Source: Myxococcota bacterium (lineage in GTDB: Bacteria > Myxococcota_A > UBA796 > GCA-2862545). From it: a stretch of DNA of 64,000 nt. A program made the position numbers and the translations under genes. Below, piece by piece: positions 39,874 to 50,400 of the stretch. The stretch lies in contig JBCCQY010000013.1 in the NCBI GenBank assembly GCA_039208735.1, positions 27,889-91,888 on the forward strand. The letters run 5' to 3'. How positions within the stretch are numbered: position 1 is the first letter of the stretch; every line of letters begins with the position of its first letter. Under the pieces are notes generated by a model. It was not told the DNA's origin. It did not search any database and was given only the letters and a program-made list of their open reading frames with translations.

Positions 39874-42800
39874 CTACCGCAGGACGCGCGGCCCGCGCGG
39901 GCCATAAAGGCGCTCTGCCAACAGGCCCAACCACTGGTCGACGGGTTCCGAGGACAGCTGCAACGTGCCCGTGCGAACGCCTTCGAGCAGCCGTGCGCTG
40001 GCTTCGGTGGGCGTGGGGTTCTCCTCCAGGATCTTCAGCAGAACCGCGTGCTCGTGCGAAGCGCCAGTGCGTTCGACCCAGGCGTCCACCGCTGCGGCGA
40101 ACGCGGGGTCAGCGGGGAACGGCCATTCCTCGGAAAGGGGGGGCCCAAGAGCATTCATGGACTGCACCGCAAGTTCCTTCCGGTCCTTGTACGTCATGGA
40201 CTGAAGCGTTTCGGGGAGGATGGGGCGGCCGATCCAAATGTCCATCTGACCCATGCCCACCGGGAACTCGAGACGCTCGGTGAGGGGTTGCACAGGCAGT
40301 GCCCCGACGAATCGAACGGGCACGACCGGGGCGTTGACATGCAACGCCATGTCAATGAACGCTCCGCTCATCTTTTCGACCGGCCTTCGAGCGGCGAGCG
40401 CGCGTGTGCCTTCAACATGCACCATGACCGACTTCCCGCCGCTCGACGTCATGTCGCTGGCGAGGTCTGCGATGATTCCGGGAAGGCTCGCTTTGTCGTC
40501 TCGATCGAAGAACGTGATGACGCGCGGATCGCTGGCGCCCGGGTAGCCAAAGCACAACGCGATCAATAAACCGAGCCAGCTCTCGCGATGCTCGGCCTTG
40601 GCCACGGTGACGGTGTTGACGCCGTGGATGCCGCTCGCCAGCATGCTGAAGAGCAACGACTCAACGCCGACCTGATGGTTGCCGAGGTACAGCAGGCTTC
40701 GGCCGGAAACCTCGGCGTGAGCCGTGGGATCCACCAGGTGGACCCGACGTACGAACCGTCGGATGAGCCCGTAGTAGAGATCTTCGACGGGCCACCGCCC
40801 CAGCCCAAAGTACTGATCCCAGTGCGACTCGATCGAAGCAATGTCGAGGGCCGGGGCCCCACCACGCACCGTGACCCGGCTGGTCTGGCGTTCGACGGCG
40901 ATCGGCCACGATGTGAGGGGTTGTGCGGTGCTGACGGCGTGGCCCTCGGTCCAGCGAACCGTGCTGGGGTGCACTTCCGCCCGTTGGGCCACATGGTCTT
41001 TGACCGCGACTTCGGCCAGTCGATGGGCCGCGTCGTCCGACACGGTGTTGTAGAGATGAGCCACCGTGCCGGGGAGCCAGTCTGCCGCGTGCACGGTCGC
41101 TGCGTCGGTGTGGCTTAAGGCACCGTCGTGGGTCGACAGCGACACACCAGGAACGAACTTCCGATCCCCGAGGAACTGCTGTCGCGCGGCGGGGAGGGCG
41201 TTGCCGATGGGACCCTTAGGCAGCAACACCTCGGTCAATGTCAGCTCGAGCCACACCACACCGTCGTCGCCGCGCGATGTGTCGATCGCCTGTAGCAGGA
41301 TGCGGGGAATTGGACCCACGTTCGTGCGTTCGGCGAAGCCTGCGAATCGGGCTTCGACCCGAATGGGGCTGATCGGAGCAGGGCCAAAGAGGCGCAGCGA
41401 TTCAATGTGCAGGGGGTAACCGGCGAGTCCCGGGTCAATCTCATCGGACCATCGGTGCAGCGCATCGTGAGGGATGGCGTGCAGAACGGCGTCGAGCAAA
41501 CCTTGGTGGAGGGTCCCCGGCGGAACCGAGCCCTTTCTTGGATCGAGGTGCGCGGTGGCGCCCCCTGCCCCCAAGGACCAGGCGGTGAGGTAGTGGTACG
41601 CGGGTCCGTGGAACAACGTGCCCGCCGCGTAGGGGTCGGGCATCGGGGCGGCGTCACGCAGCGGAGCCCACGGAGCCGGAGCTTCGGGGTACTCGGGGGC
41701 GATTCGGACGGTTCCGGACGCGGCCGCCTCGAACCGAGAAAGCGATGGATTTCGCGCTTCTCGCCAGGTTTCGAGTGTGACCTCGACCTCGGTCCCGTGG
41801 GTGCTCGCGGGATGGATGGACCCCACGACCGGACGAATGCGCGCTGGAACATCCACCTTGACCCAACCGTGGACGGCGAGGTCTCGGACTTCGACCACGT
41901 GGCCGGGGACCACGGCGCGAGCCGCTCCGGCGAGACGGTCTGCCATCGACATGGCCGGCAGGGCCGGGATGGTCCACGTCGGACGGTGATCCCCCACGAA
42001 ACCGGTGGGGCTCAAGGTCTCTTCGGGGCCTGGTCCCGGGGTTGCGGTGGGGGTTTCCGTGGGGGGAGCCGAGTGTTCGGTCAGCCCATCGTCCACGATG
42101 CGCATGCCGAAGTCGATGCCCTCGTAGATCCGCAGGTCGTCGACCCACAAGTAGGCGTGCGCCTTCGCGAAGGGCCCGTGGTCATCGCGGCCCACCTCGA
42201 TGATCTCGACTTCGCAGCGAATGACCTGGTTTTCGGGCACGACTTGACCCCGGTACTTCCAGGCGTGGGTCTGCCCCATCATCAGCGGTTCGAACCGCGG
42301 TCGCTCGATGCCCGCATGCATGTCGGTTTCGATCATGAAGAACTGCAGCAGCTGAACCATGGCCTCAAGGCCAAGGGAGCCCGGCTGCACAGGGTCGGTG
42401 TAGAAGTGGGCCTTGAAGAACCACTCGGCGGGGTTCACGTCCTTTTCGGAGCGCAACCGACCGAGGCCCTTTTCGCCGCCGGTCGGCCAGAATCCGGTGA
42501 CCCGGTCAAGCATGAGCAACATGGGTTTCGGAAGCCGTAGGGCGCCCGCACAGTAGCGGGCCGGACGGCTCGTCAGGTCGACGAAGAAGTCGCTTGGCGC
42601 GTGCAACGCAGCGCGCTCCTCTTCGGTGGGCACCAGGCCAATCTGGTTGGCGAGGGCGGCTCCAGGGAAGAACCCAAACACCGTCTTCAGGTCATAAACC
42701 AGCGTGTCGCCAAGGAAGCACTGCACCTCGAACGCTTCGATGATCATGCCGCCTGACTGGGAGATCGACGTGATCTTGGCCTTGGTGTTGAGGGTGCCGC

Positions 42801-45800
42801 TCTGTGGCAGGCACTCGACATGCCACGTGGCGGTGCCGTCCAGGTTCCGGAAGTACAAATCCTTGTCTGTCGTCAGCGCAGAACCGACGAAGCAAGCGAT
42901 CCATCCGCAGGGCTGCAAGGCGGCTTCCAACAGCACGCAAAACGGCATGGTGGGATGGCCATTCTCGCGGAAATACCAGGCATCCATCGGGATGTCGTAC
43001 TCGAGTTCGATGTTCGTCCCGAGCTGCATGCCTCCGATGGGCCCGTCGATCTTCGTGACCCGAGACATGAAGTGGTACGGGTCGCCCGGCAGCCGTGCGC
43101 AGTGTCGTCCTTCGTCGAACGGTTTGTAGAGGGGTCCAAACGCATCGGACGGTTTGCCCCAGGCACACGACACGAGCGAGGCGTAGTCGAATGGGAACCC
43201 GTCGACAACGGCCACCGGTTTGGGCTCGACATAGTTCTCGAGCACTTCAGGACGTGTGGTGAGCGGCCAGTCCGGACGGAGTCGGACCCCCACGCGGCGT
43301 GCCCAAAAGGCCTTCAAGCCGTCGATGGTGCACAGAAAGTCGGCGAAGACCATCGGCCATGGGCCATCGTGGACCTCTTCGATGAAAATCTCGTAGACGA
43401 GGAGTCCCGCTTCCGGGGTCACCTGGCCGCGGCAGCGCAGGTCGTAGGGAAGGTCAGGGACCGGTTCGAACGTCCATCCGTCGTGCCGAACGGTGTAGCC
43501 GAGGGCCGCCATATAGAAGCCCACCGCTTGCAGGCACGCCTCAAACATCATCGTGCCCGGCATGCAAGGGTCGTCTTTGAAGTGGCCGTCGAAGAACCAG
43601 TCTTCAGGGGTGATGTCCTGTTCGGCGCGCAGGTATCCGCGTCCCCACGGTCCCCCGCGAGGGTCGAACACCGGCACGCGGGTCCAGAAGTTCAGGGGAC
43701 TCGGAGCGATCCGTGGTGACCGTACGTGGGTCTGAAGTCGTTCGAACCCAGGCCCGAAGGTCGTGAATCCGTCGCCATGGGCGAAGGCCAACACCTGCGC
43801 TTCGTCGAACGAGCTTCGCGTGCACGGAATCTTGGGCGGATCGAGACGGGCTTTGGGGTTGTATTCTCCCGTTTCCGGCGTCCAGAGAATGCCGCCGGAC
43901 TCCGCGAGTTCCTGGTCCGTGAAAAACCCGGCCTGGCCCTCCCGCACCACGAGGCGAGGCTGTCCGTCGTTATCGGTGCAGTCGTAGTGGAAGAAAAAGA
44001 TCGAGGTTTCACCAACGTTGGCGTGGCCATCGATGTGAATCTCGTAGTGCAGCGTGTCGCCCGGTCGAGGCAGACCGCCGTGGTAGGTGAGCTGGCAGCC
44101 CAACAAGCGATAGACGCGTTCGCCCCGGTTGCGGAAGTCCACGCCGAGCCAGCTGATGAGCAGCAAGTCGGCCTGACCTGCCTCGATCATCGCACCGGCG
44201 GGCATCGTGCCGTCGTGCAGGTACCAGGCGTCCGGGGTGACGTCGGTTTCCGTCCAAATCACCCCGGTGGTCATGGAGCCGGGTTCGGCATCGACGCCGG
44301 TCACGCGGTCGGCGAGGAGCAGCGGCGGCGTTGGCATCCGCACCTGACGTGGGAAGTCGTCTTGGACCGCGAACAGGGGGCCGAAGACTTCTGAAATCTT
44401 CTCCGAGGCGAGCCGCTCAAGTTGGGCCCGGGAGAACTTGGGCCCCGGTCGAACCTCGCTTGTGGAGGCGACAGGCGCAGGAGGGGGAGGCGGCCGTTTG
44501 ACGACGGTCTTGGTCGGCACCGGCGGCGCAACCGGGGCCGGGACCGCGGGCGTCGGAGACGGAAGCGGAGCGGGGAGCGCGCCGGAGGACCGCATCCGAA
44601 TCGCCTGCGCGAGCCGCTGCGTGGTGCGTTGCTGCAGGGCGAGAAACCGGCCATGGGCCTCCTGCTGCTGATGCAGGAATTGCGCATGAGCCGCCGACAG
44701 TTGCCGATGGAGGTCGGCCAGCGCCTGGAGGTGGGCCGGGCTGGCGTTTTGTGTCGCAGCCTCTGTGGGCGGCGGAGCGATGGGCGGAGGCGGGGCCGGC
44801 GCAGGCAGAGGGGCGGGCGCTTCGGGAACCCGAGGGGTCGTGGGGGCCTTCGAGGGTGCGGGAGTCGGGGCGTCTCCGGCGGTGATCCGGGGGAGCGCGG
44901 GTGCGGTCGGCATCTGATCGAACTCGGGCTCGAAGCCGGTCGGTGCATGGGTGCCCCAACTTGGCACCGTCAGCTCGGCCGAGGAGGCGGTGGGAGGCAG
45001 CGGAGGCGCGACGGGCATGGTGGCATCGTGCACGGTCGCAAACTCCACGACGATGGGCTTGGGGTGAGCCGGAAACCGAATCGGACGTTCGGGAGCCGGG
45101 GGGCGAGGAGGCAAGGCGACCGGCGTGTCCGCCGCCACCACCGCCATTTGTGCCATGCCGCCCATCAGGTTTTGGCTGGTGACCAAGGCGCGCCGAGGGT
45201 CGGTGACCTCGGGATGACCCGCAGGAACCTGGCCTTGGGCCACCGAGACCACCGCGGCGGCGACGTGCAGCAGTGACCGGGCGGCGTGAGCCTTTCCGAG
45301 TCGTTCGCCTAGATCGAGCGCCCCCGCTGCGTCACCGAGCTGAAGCGTCGATGGGGTGTCGGTCGACCCTTCCGTGAGCAGGGCATAGATGGGGTCGCCA
45401 TCGGCGCGCGCCGCGCTCGCGGTCTTGAGTCGCAGCACCACCGCCGCATCTCCCGTTGCGCCGGCGATGCCCATTGCCTTGAGTGCGGCTTCGTGCACCG
45501 GCTCCGCGGACAGATCGACGGCACCCGCCAAGGCGGTGTCGATCTCCTTGGCGCGAAGCATCCGCATCGCGGTTTGGAGTGCCACCAGCCCCGAGTGCTC
45601 CTCGGCGGCAATGGTGAAGCCAGGCCCCCCCAAGTCGAGCTGCGAACCAATCCGGTTGGCGGGGATGTTGGGCATGTTGCCCACCACGCCCGCACTCTCG
45701 AGGACCGACACGATGCGGTCTTGGGCGTTTTGAATCCAGTCTGCGTCGCGGTCCTTGGCCCAGTCGGCCACCCGCCACCGGGCGCCGTAGCGACACACTT

Positions 45801-47415
45801 CAGGGTCACTCTGAGAGCCAATGAGCACCGCGGTGCGGTCGGGAGGCAGCGTGGCGCCACGGGTGGCCTGCATGGCCGCATCCAGCACCAGCAGCTGTTG
45901 CGCGAGGGTTTGCTGCAGATCGCGAGGGGGGAACTTGAGTTCCGACAGCGACAGCACAATCTCGTCGACAACGCTTCGCGGAGGCGGGCCCTGGGGGGTC
46001 ACCGTGGGACGAACCAACTCTTCGGCCAAGGCCTGAACGTCGGACACGCCGGGGGCTCGGACGCCAATCCCCACTACGGCGATGGGTTCGTTCGGCAGGG
46101 CCGCCGCAGGAAAATGTGGCGTGCGCTGGGGCTCGTACTCTTCGAGGATCACATGGGCGTTGTTGCCCCCGAACCCGAACGCATTGACCGCCGCGACTCG
46201 GGGGCCGTCGCTGATCCAGGGTTCAGCCTGGGTGAGGAGTCGAAACGGCGTATCCGCGAGGGCGGGGTTCGGCGTGTCGACGTGCAGAGTGGGTGGTCGA
46301 ATGCCTGCTTCAAACGCACCCAACACCTTCATCATGCCCGCAGCACCCGCCGCCGTGATGAGATGTCCCAGGTTGGACTTCAGGGAGCCAAGCGGCAAGT
46401 CCTCGTGGTTGCCAAACACGTTGGCCAACGTGCGGATCTCGGTGGCGTCGCCCACCGTCGTCCCCGTCGCGTGGCATTCGACCATCGACAGCCGAGCGGG
46501 ATCCACCCCAGACTGGGCCCAGGCGTTGTGGAGGGCGCGAGATTGCCCTTTGGAATCGGGTGCGAGGAGTCCTCGACCTCGGCCATCGTTCGACAGACCA
46601 ATGCCTCGAATGACGCCCAAAATCCGGTCGTTGGCGGCTTCGGCATCGGCCAACCGCTTCAGCGCGAAGAATGCGGCCCCTTCGGCGGGCACCAGCCCGT
46701 CTGCATTTGCATGGAAGGGGCGGGACTGTCCGGTGCGGCTCATCGCGCCCAAGGCACAGAACCCGACGTGGATGAACAGGTCGTCGGAGCGGCACACGGC
46801 TCCCGCCAACGCAAGATCGACGGATCGATCGTGCAGTTGGTCGCAGGCCAGCTTGACCGCGTACAGGCTCGAGGCACATGCCGCATCGAGCGCGAACGCA
46901 GGCCCCCCGAGGCCCAGTTCGTCGGCCAACAACAATGCCGGAAGCCCACTCATGAACCGGTTGCGAGGATCCACCGCGGGCCGGTTGAACCACACGTGCT
47001 CGGCGAACTGCGACATCGCCCGTGAGGGGAACGACAGGTTGCCCATGATCGCGGCGACGCGGTCGCTCGTTCCTTGGTGTCCGGCTTGACGCAGGGCCTC
47101 TCGCCCACCGTGAAGCACCCAGTGGAACAGCGGATCGAGTCGCAGGAGGTCCGAGGCGTCCCGTCGGAACGGATCGCGCTGCACCACCTGCTCGAAGTCG
47201 AATCCCTGGACGTACCCCCCGCGGTCCGAGAAGGCGCGGTCGGCACTGTGATCAGGGTCGTCGGTCATCGACAACGAAGGAGGAAGGCCCCACCGGCCCG
47301 CGGGGACGGAGGAGACGAGGTCCCTGCCCTCCACAACGGCGTCCCAGAGGGCTCGTGGACTGGACGCACCGGGCAGGATGCAGCTCTGCCCGACGATAGC
47401 GATGGGTTCGAACAT
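39874..47415 (-). CDS. pfa3: PUFA synthase subunit Pfa3/PfaC-like: KS-CLF-(FabA-like pseudo-DH/DH)x2-PKS-DH-AGPAT
   Basis: KS 'DAACASS/ECHATGT/NLGHL'; CLF 'AAEEHSG'; FabA-type DH 'FFDGHFKDDPCMPG' and 'FFKAHFYTDPVQPG'; 'DHRPTWTIPALP'; PlsC-like 'GNHQVGVES' and 'HVEGTR'. Confidence 0.9.
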   Translation of the reverse strand: MFEPIAIVGQSCILPGASSPRALWDAVVEGRDLVSSVPAGRWGLPPSLSMTDDPDHSADRAFSDRGGYVQGFDFEQVVQRDPFRRDASDLLRLDPLFHWVLHGGREALRQAGHQGTSDRVAAIMGNLSFPSRAMSQFAEHVWFNRPAVDPRNRFMSGLPALLLADELGLGGPAFALDAACASSLYAVKLACDQLHDRSVDLALAGAVCRSDDLFIHVGFCALGAMSRTGQSRPFHANADGLVPAEGAAFFALKRLADAEAANDRILGVIRGIGLSNDGRGRGLLAPDSKGQSRALHNAWAQSGVDPARLSMVECHATGTTVGDATEIRTLANVFGNHEDLPLGSLKSNLGHLITAAGAAGMMKVLGAFEAGIRPPTLHVDTPNPALADTPFRLLTQAEPWISDGPRVAAVNAFGFGGNNAHVILEEYEPQRTPHFPAAALPNEPIAVVGIGVRAPGVSDVQALAEELVRPTVTPQGPPPRSVVDEIVLSLSELKFPPRDLQQTLAQQLLVLDAAMQATRGATLPPDRTAVLIGSQSDPEVCRYGARWRVADWAKDRDADWIQNAQDRIVSVLESAGVVGNMPNIPANRIGSQLDLGGPGFTIAAEEHSGLVALQTAMRMLRAKEIDTALAGAVDLSAEPVHEAALKAMGIAGATGDAAVVLRLKTASAARADGDPIYALLTEGSTDTPSTLQLGDAAGALDLGERLGKAHAARSLLHVAAAVVSVAQGQVPAGHPEVTDPRRALVTSQNLMGGMAQMAVVAADTPVALPPRPPAPERPIRFPAHPKPIVVEFATVHDATMPVAPPLPPTASSAELTVPSWGTHAPTGFEPEFDQMPTAPALPRITAGDAPTPAPSKAPTTPRVPEAPAPLPAPAPPPPIAPPPTEAATQNASPAHLQALADLHRQLSAAHAQFLHQQQEAHGRFLALQQRTTQRLAQAIRMRSSGALPAPLPSPTPAVPAPVAPPVPTKTVVKRPPPPPAPVASTSEVRPGPKFSRAQLERLASEKISEVFGPLFAVQDDFPRQVRMPTPPLLLADRVTGVDAEPGSMTTGVIWTETDVTPDAWYLHDGTMPAGAMIEAGQADLLLISWLGVDFRNRGERVYRLLGCQLTYHGGLPRPGDTLHYEIHIDGHANVGETSIFFFHYDCTDNDGQPRLVVREGQAGFFTDQELAESGGILWTPETGEYNPKARLDPPKIPCTRSSFDEAQVLAFAHGDGFTTFGPGFERLQTHVRSPRIAPSPLNFWTRVPVFDPRGGPWGRGYLRAEQDITPEDWFFDGHFKDDPCMPGTMMFEACLQAVGFYMAALGYTVRHDGWTFEPVPDLPYDLRCRGQVTPEAGLLVYEIFIEEVHDGPWPMVFADFLCTIDGLKAFWARRVGVRLRPDWPLTTRPEVLENYVEPKPVAVVDGFPFDYASLVSCAWGKPSDAFGPLYKPFDEGRHCARLPGDPYHFMSRVTKIDGPIGGMQLGTNIELEYDIPMDAWYFRENGHPTMPFCVLLEAALQPCGWIACFVGSALTTDKDLYFRNLDGTATWHVECLPQSGTLNTKAKITSISQSGGMIIEAFEVQCFLGDTLVYDLKTVFGFFPGAALANQIGLVPTEEERAALHAPSDFFVDLTSRPARYCAGALRLPKPMLLMLDRVTGFWPTGGEKGLGRLRSEKDVNPAEWFFKAHFYTDPVQPGSLGLEAMVQLLQFFMIETDMHAGIERPRFEPLMMGQTHAWKYRGQVVPENQVIRCEVEIIEVGRDDHGPFAKAHAYLWVDDLRIYEGIDFGMRIVDDGLTEHSAPPTETPTATPGPGPEETLSPTGFVGDHRPTWTIPALPAMSMADRLAGAARAVVPGHVVEVRDLAVHGWVKVDVPARIRPVVGSIHPASTHGTEVEVTLETWREARNPSLSRFEAAASGTVRIAPEYPEAPAPWAPLRDAAPMPDPYAAGTLFHGPAYHYLTAWSLGAGGATAHLDPRKGSVPPGTLHQGLLDAVLHAIPHDALHRWSDEIDPGLAGYPLHIESLRLFGPAPISPIRVEARFAGFAERTNVGPIPRILLQAIDTSRGDDGVVWLELTLTEVLLPKGPIGNALPAARQQFLGDRKFVPGVSLSTHDGALSHTDAATVHAADWLPGTVAHLYNTVSDDAAHRLAEVAVKDHVAQRAEVHPSTVRWTEGHAVSTAQPLTSWPIAVERQTSRVTVRGGAPALDIASIESHWDQYFGLGRWPVEDLYYGLIRRFVRRVHLVDPTAHAEVSGRSLLYLGNHQVGVESLLFSMLASGIHGVNTVTVAKAEHRESWLGLLIALCFGYPGASDPRVITFFDRDDKASLPGIIADLASDMTSSGGKSVMVHVEGTRALAARRPVEKMSGAFIDMALHVNAPVVPVRFVGALPVQPLTERLEFPVGMGQMDIWIGRPILPETLQSMTYKDRKELAVQSMNALGPPLSEEWPFPADPAFAAAVDAWVERTGASHEHAVLLKILEENPTPTEASARLLEGVRTGTLQLSSEPVDQWLGLLAERLYGPRGPRVLR

Positions 47416-47432
47416 GTCGTCCTCGGGGCGGG

Positions 47433-50400
47433 TCAGGGCAGACGAATCGCCTGGACGCCGCGGAGTTCGTGGACCACGTTGCCCACCTCGTCGGTGAACA
47501 CGATGTCGGTGATGGTCTTGTCGCGGCCCCGGGTTTCACCCCGGAGCACCGCGCGCAAAGGCCCGTCGGGCGGTCCGCTGCGGAAGGTCCGCATCGTCTC
47601 GACCCCCATGGGCAAGGAGGCGCCGCCGAGCATGCGGGCGCTGTAGAGCAGGGCCAGCTGCAACCCACCATCGAGCGCCGCCGGATCGGTTTGCCAGGGC
47701 TCGTGGCCCCAGGCCGCTTCGGCGTTGCGGGTGAGTCGCGCGACAATGCCTTCGTCGGACGCCCCTTCGAGGGCATCGATCACCTGGAACGTCTGTCCGT
47801 GGAACAAGATCGTGCCGTCGTAAATCGTCTGGTCGGACACGGGATCGAACCGCGGTGTGTCCGGGCTGGGGGGCGCCGGAGCCAGCTCGGGCACCATGTC
47901 GGCCAGGGCGACGTAGTGCGTCGTGCCCGCAAGATCGGTGAGTTCGACGGCGAGCACGGAGCCCGTGCCGTTGCTCTCTTCGCGAACGGTCACATCGAAC
48001 CAGTCGCCGCCGTTGTCGAAGCCCGTGAGTGAGATGCCACGCGTCACCTTCACGTCGCGGAAGCTCTGCAGAGCCAGGTGCGAGCGGAATACCTGCCCCG
48101 CCCTCGCGAACCATTCGAGCACGAGCACGACAGGAACCACGGGGGTGTCCCGCACCTGGTGGTCGGCCAGGTAGGGATGGGTGCGTCGATGGGCACGGAG
48201 CCTTAGGCGAAGGACTTCGCTTCCGTCGGCGCCGGGGTCCGCGAGGGGGGCCATGCGCGGCTCGCCGCCCAGCACGACTTCGGTCTGCCGCCGGTGGTCG
48301 GTCACTTCAGCGACCAGCATGGCGGCACCTGCGTCGAGCCCGATGAGCGGAACCCCTTGGGCTTCGAAGTGCGCCTTGAGCTGGGGCGTGACCATGCCAC
48401 CTTCCCAAGGGCCCCACTGCAGCGCCCGCACGACGACGCCGTCGCCGCGACGGGTCTGTTCGTAGGCGGCCACCTTGGCGAGGACCTCGTTGGCCATTGC
48501 GTAGTCGGCCTGTCCCTGGTTGCCACAACGACCGGCCACCGAGCTGAAGAACAGCAAGGTGTCGAGCGGGTCGTTCGCCGTGGCCGCGAGCAGCGCCTGC
48601 AGCCCCCGCACCTTGGTGTCGAACACGCGGTCGAACTGCTCCATCGTCTTGTCGGCGATGCGCTTGTCGGCAAGCACGCCGGCACCGTGCACCAGGCCCG
48701 TCACCGCACCCCAGGACCCGCGAACGTCGTCGAGCAACGCGCCCAACGCGTGGGCATCTGTCACGTCAACCGCCGCGTAGCGAGCTTGGCCACCTGCCGC
48801 CTCGATGCGCGCCATCGTGTCGCGAATTTGGCGGATTCCGAGCCACTTGCCCACCTTGCGTCCGAGTTCCGCCGGGGTGGGGCGTTCGTTGCGCGACCGC
48901 GCATCGTCAAGCAACGCCTTCTTGAGGGCGGGTTCATCGGTGAGACCCCGCAGGAAGCCGGGCTCGTCTTCCAGTGCGGTCCGACCCAACAACACAAATC
49001 GGCCGCCCTGGGCTCGGGCGAGCGCGATCAACGTGTGCGCGGTCACGCCCTTAGCGCCGCCGCTGGCCACGATCACGGACTGATCTCGACGGGCCGCCGG
49101 GGCCGGGGCCGCATCGTCAGCAACGCTCCTTAGGACCAGACGGCGACCATCGAGGGGCCGTCCGACTTCGAGATCGGGCCCCCCGGCGAGAAGTTCGTGC
49201 ACAACGGCTTCTGCAGCTTGATCCAGGCCGCGACCCGACACCGGAATGTCGAGGGCCTTGCCGAAGGTCTTTGGCCATTCCTGGACGGCGGTCTTCACGA
49301 GGCCGGTCAGTCCGGCCGACCATGCGTGCTCGGACCCGGAAAGCCCGAAGTCGCCGCCGGTGTCCTGCACGGTGACGAACAGTGGCTCGTGGGCGTCGGG
49401 AGCCCCAAAGCGCTGAGCCACGGTGCGGGCGGCAGCGAAGCCTTGTCGCTGGGCCGCAAAGGGGTCGGAGGGCTGCCAGCCACCGACGTAGATGAGGACG
49501 TCCACGTCCGCCCCGGGGGCGTCGACCGCACTGGCTGCCAACCCCTCGCGGGCAAAGGCCGCGACGACCGCATTGGCTTGGTCGCTTCGCGGCATGACCT
49601 CGATGGTGGCGCCAGGGCGCAAACCCGGCGTGGTGAGGCCGATAGGCGCCGCCTCGACGGCATCGAGGCGCCACCGTCCCAGCGCGGGGGTTGGGGGCGC
49701 GGGAGCGGCCGTTGGGGCAGGCGTTGCCGCCGGCGTATCCGTGAATCCCTGAAGGTGGTCGACGACCTGACCGAGCGTTTCGAGCTTGGCCATGGCCGCA
49801 GTGTCGACTTCGGGGAGTCCGGGGGCCTTTTCGCGGACCGCGGAGAGGATTTCGACGCGCTTGATGGAGTCGATGCCGAGATCGGCTTCCAGCGCCATGC
49901 TCATTTCGAGCATGTCGGCGGGGTAGCCCGTTTTATCAGCGACGACCTCCAGCAGCAGCGCATTCAGGTCAAGGCCTGCGGCAGGCGCAGGGGCGGCAGG
50001 CGTCGCGGTTGGCGCCGGAGCGGCCGGGGCATTGCCGGGAAGGTTGGCCCGGAGGTAGTCGCGAACTTCACCCAGCGTCTGGAGCTGGGCCATGGCTGCC
50101 GTATCGACCTCGGGCAGTTCCGGCGCGGCATCTCGCACCGCGGAGAGGATTTCGACACGCTTGATGGAGTCGATGCCGAGGTCGGCTTCCAACGCCATGC
50201 TCATCTCGAGCATATCGGCGGGATAGCCGGTCTTGTCGGATACTACGTTGAGAAGCAACCCCTCGAGGTCTCGCGCCGGCGCGGCGGTCGCAGGGGCCGA
50301 GGGCGACGCAACGACGGGAGCAGCACCACCAGCCGGCAGATTGGCGCGGAGATAGTCGCGAACCTCGCCTAGCGTCTGGAGCTGGGCCATGGCGGCGGTG

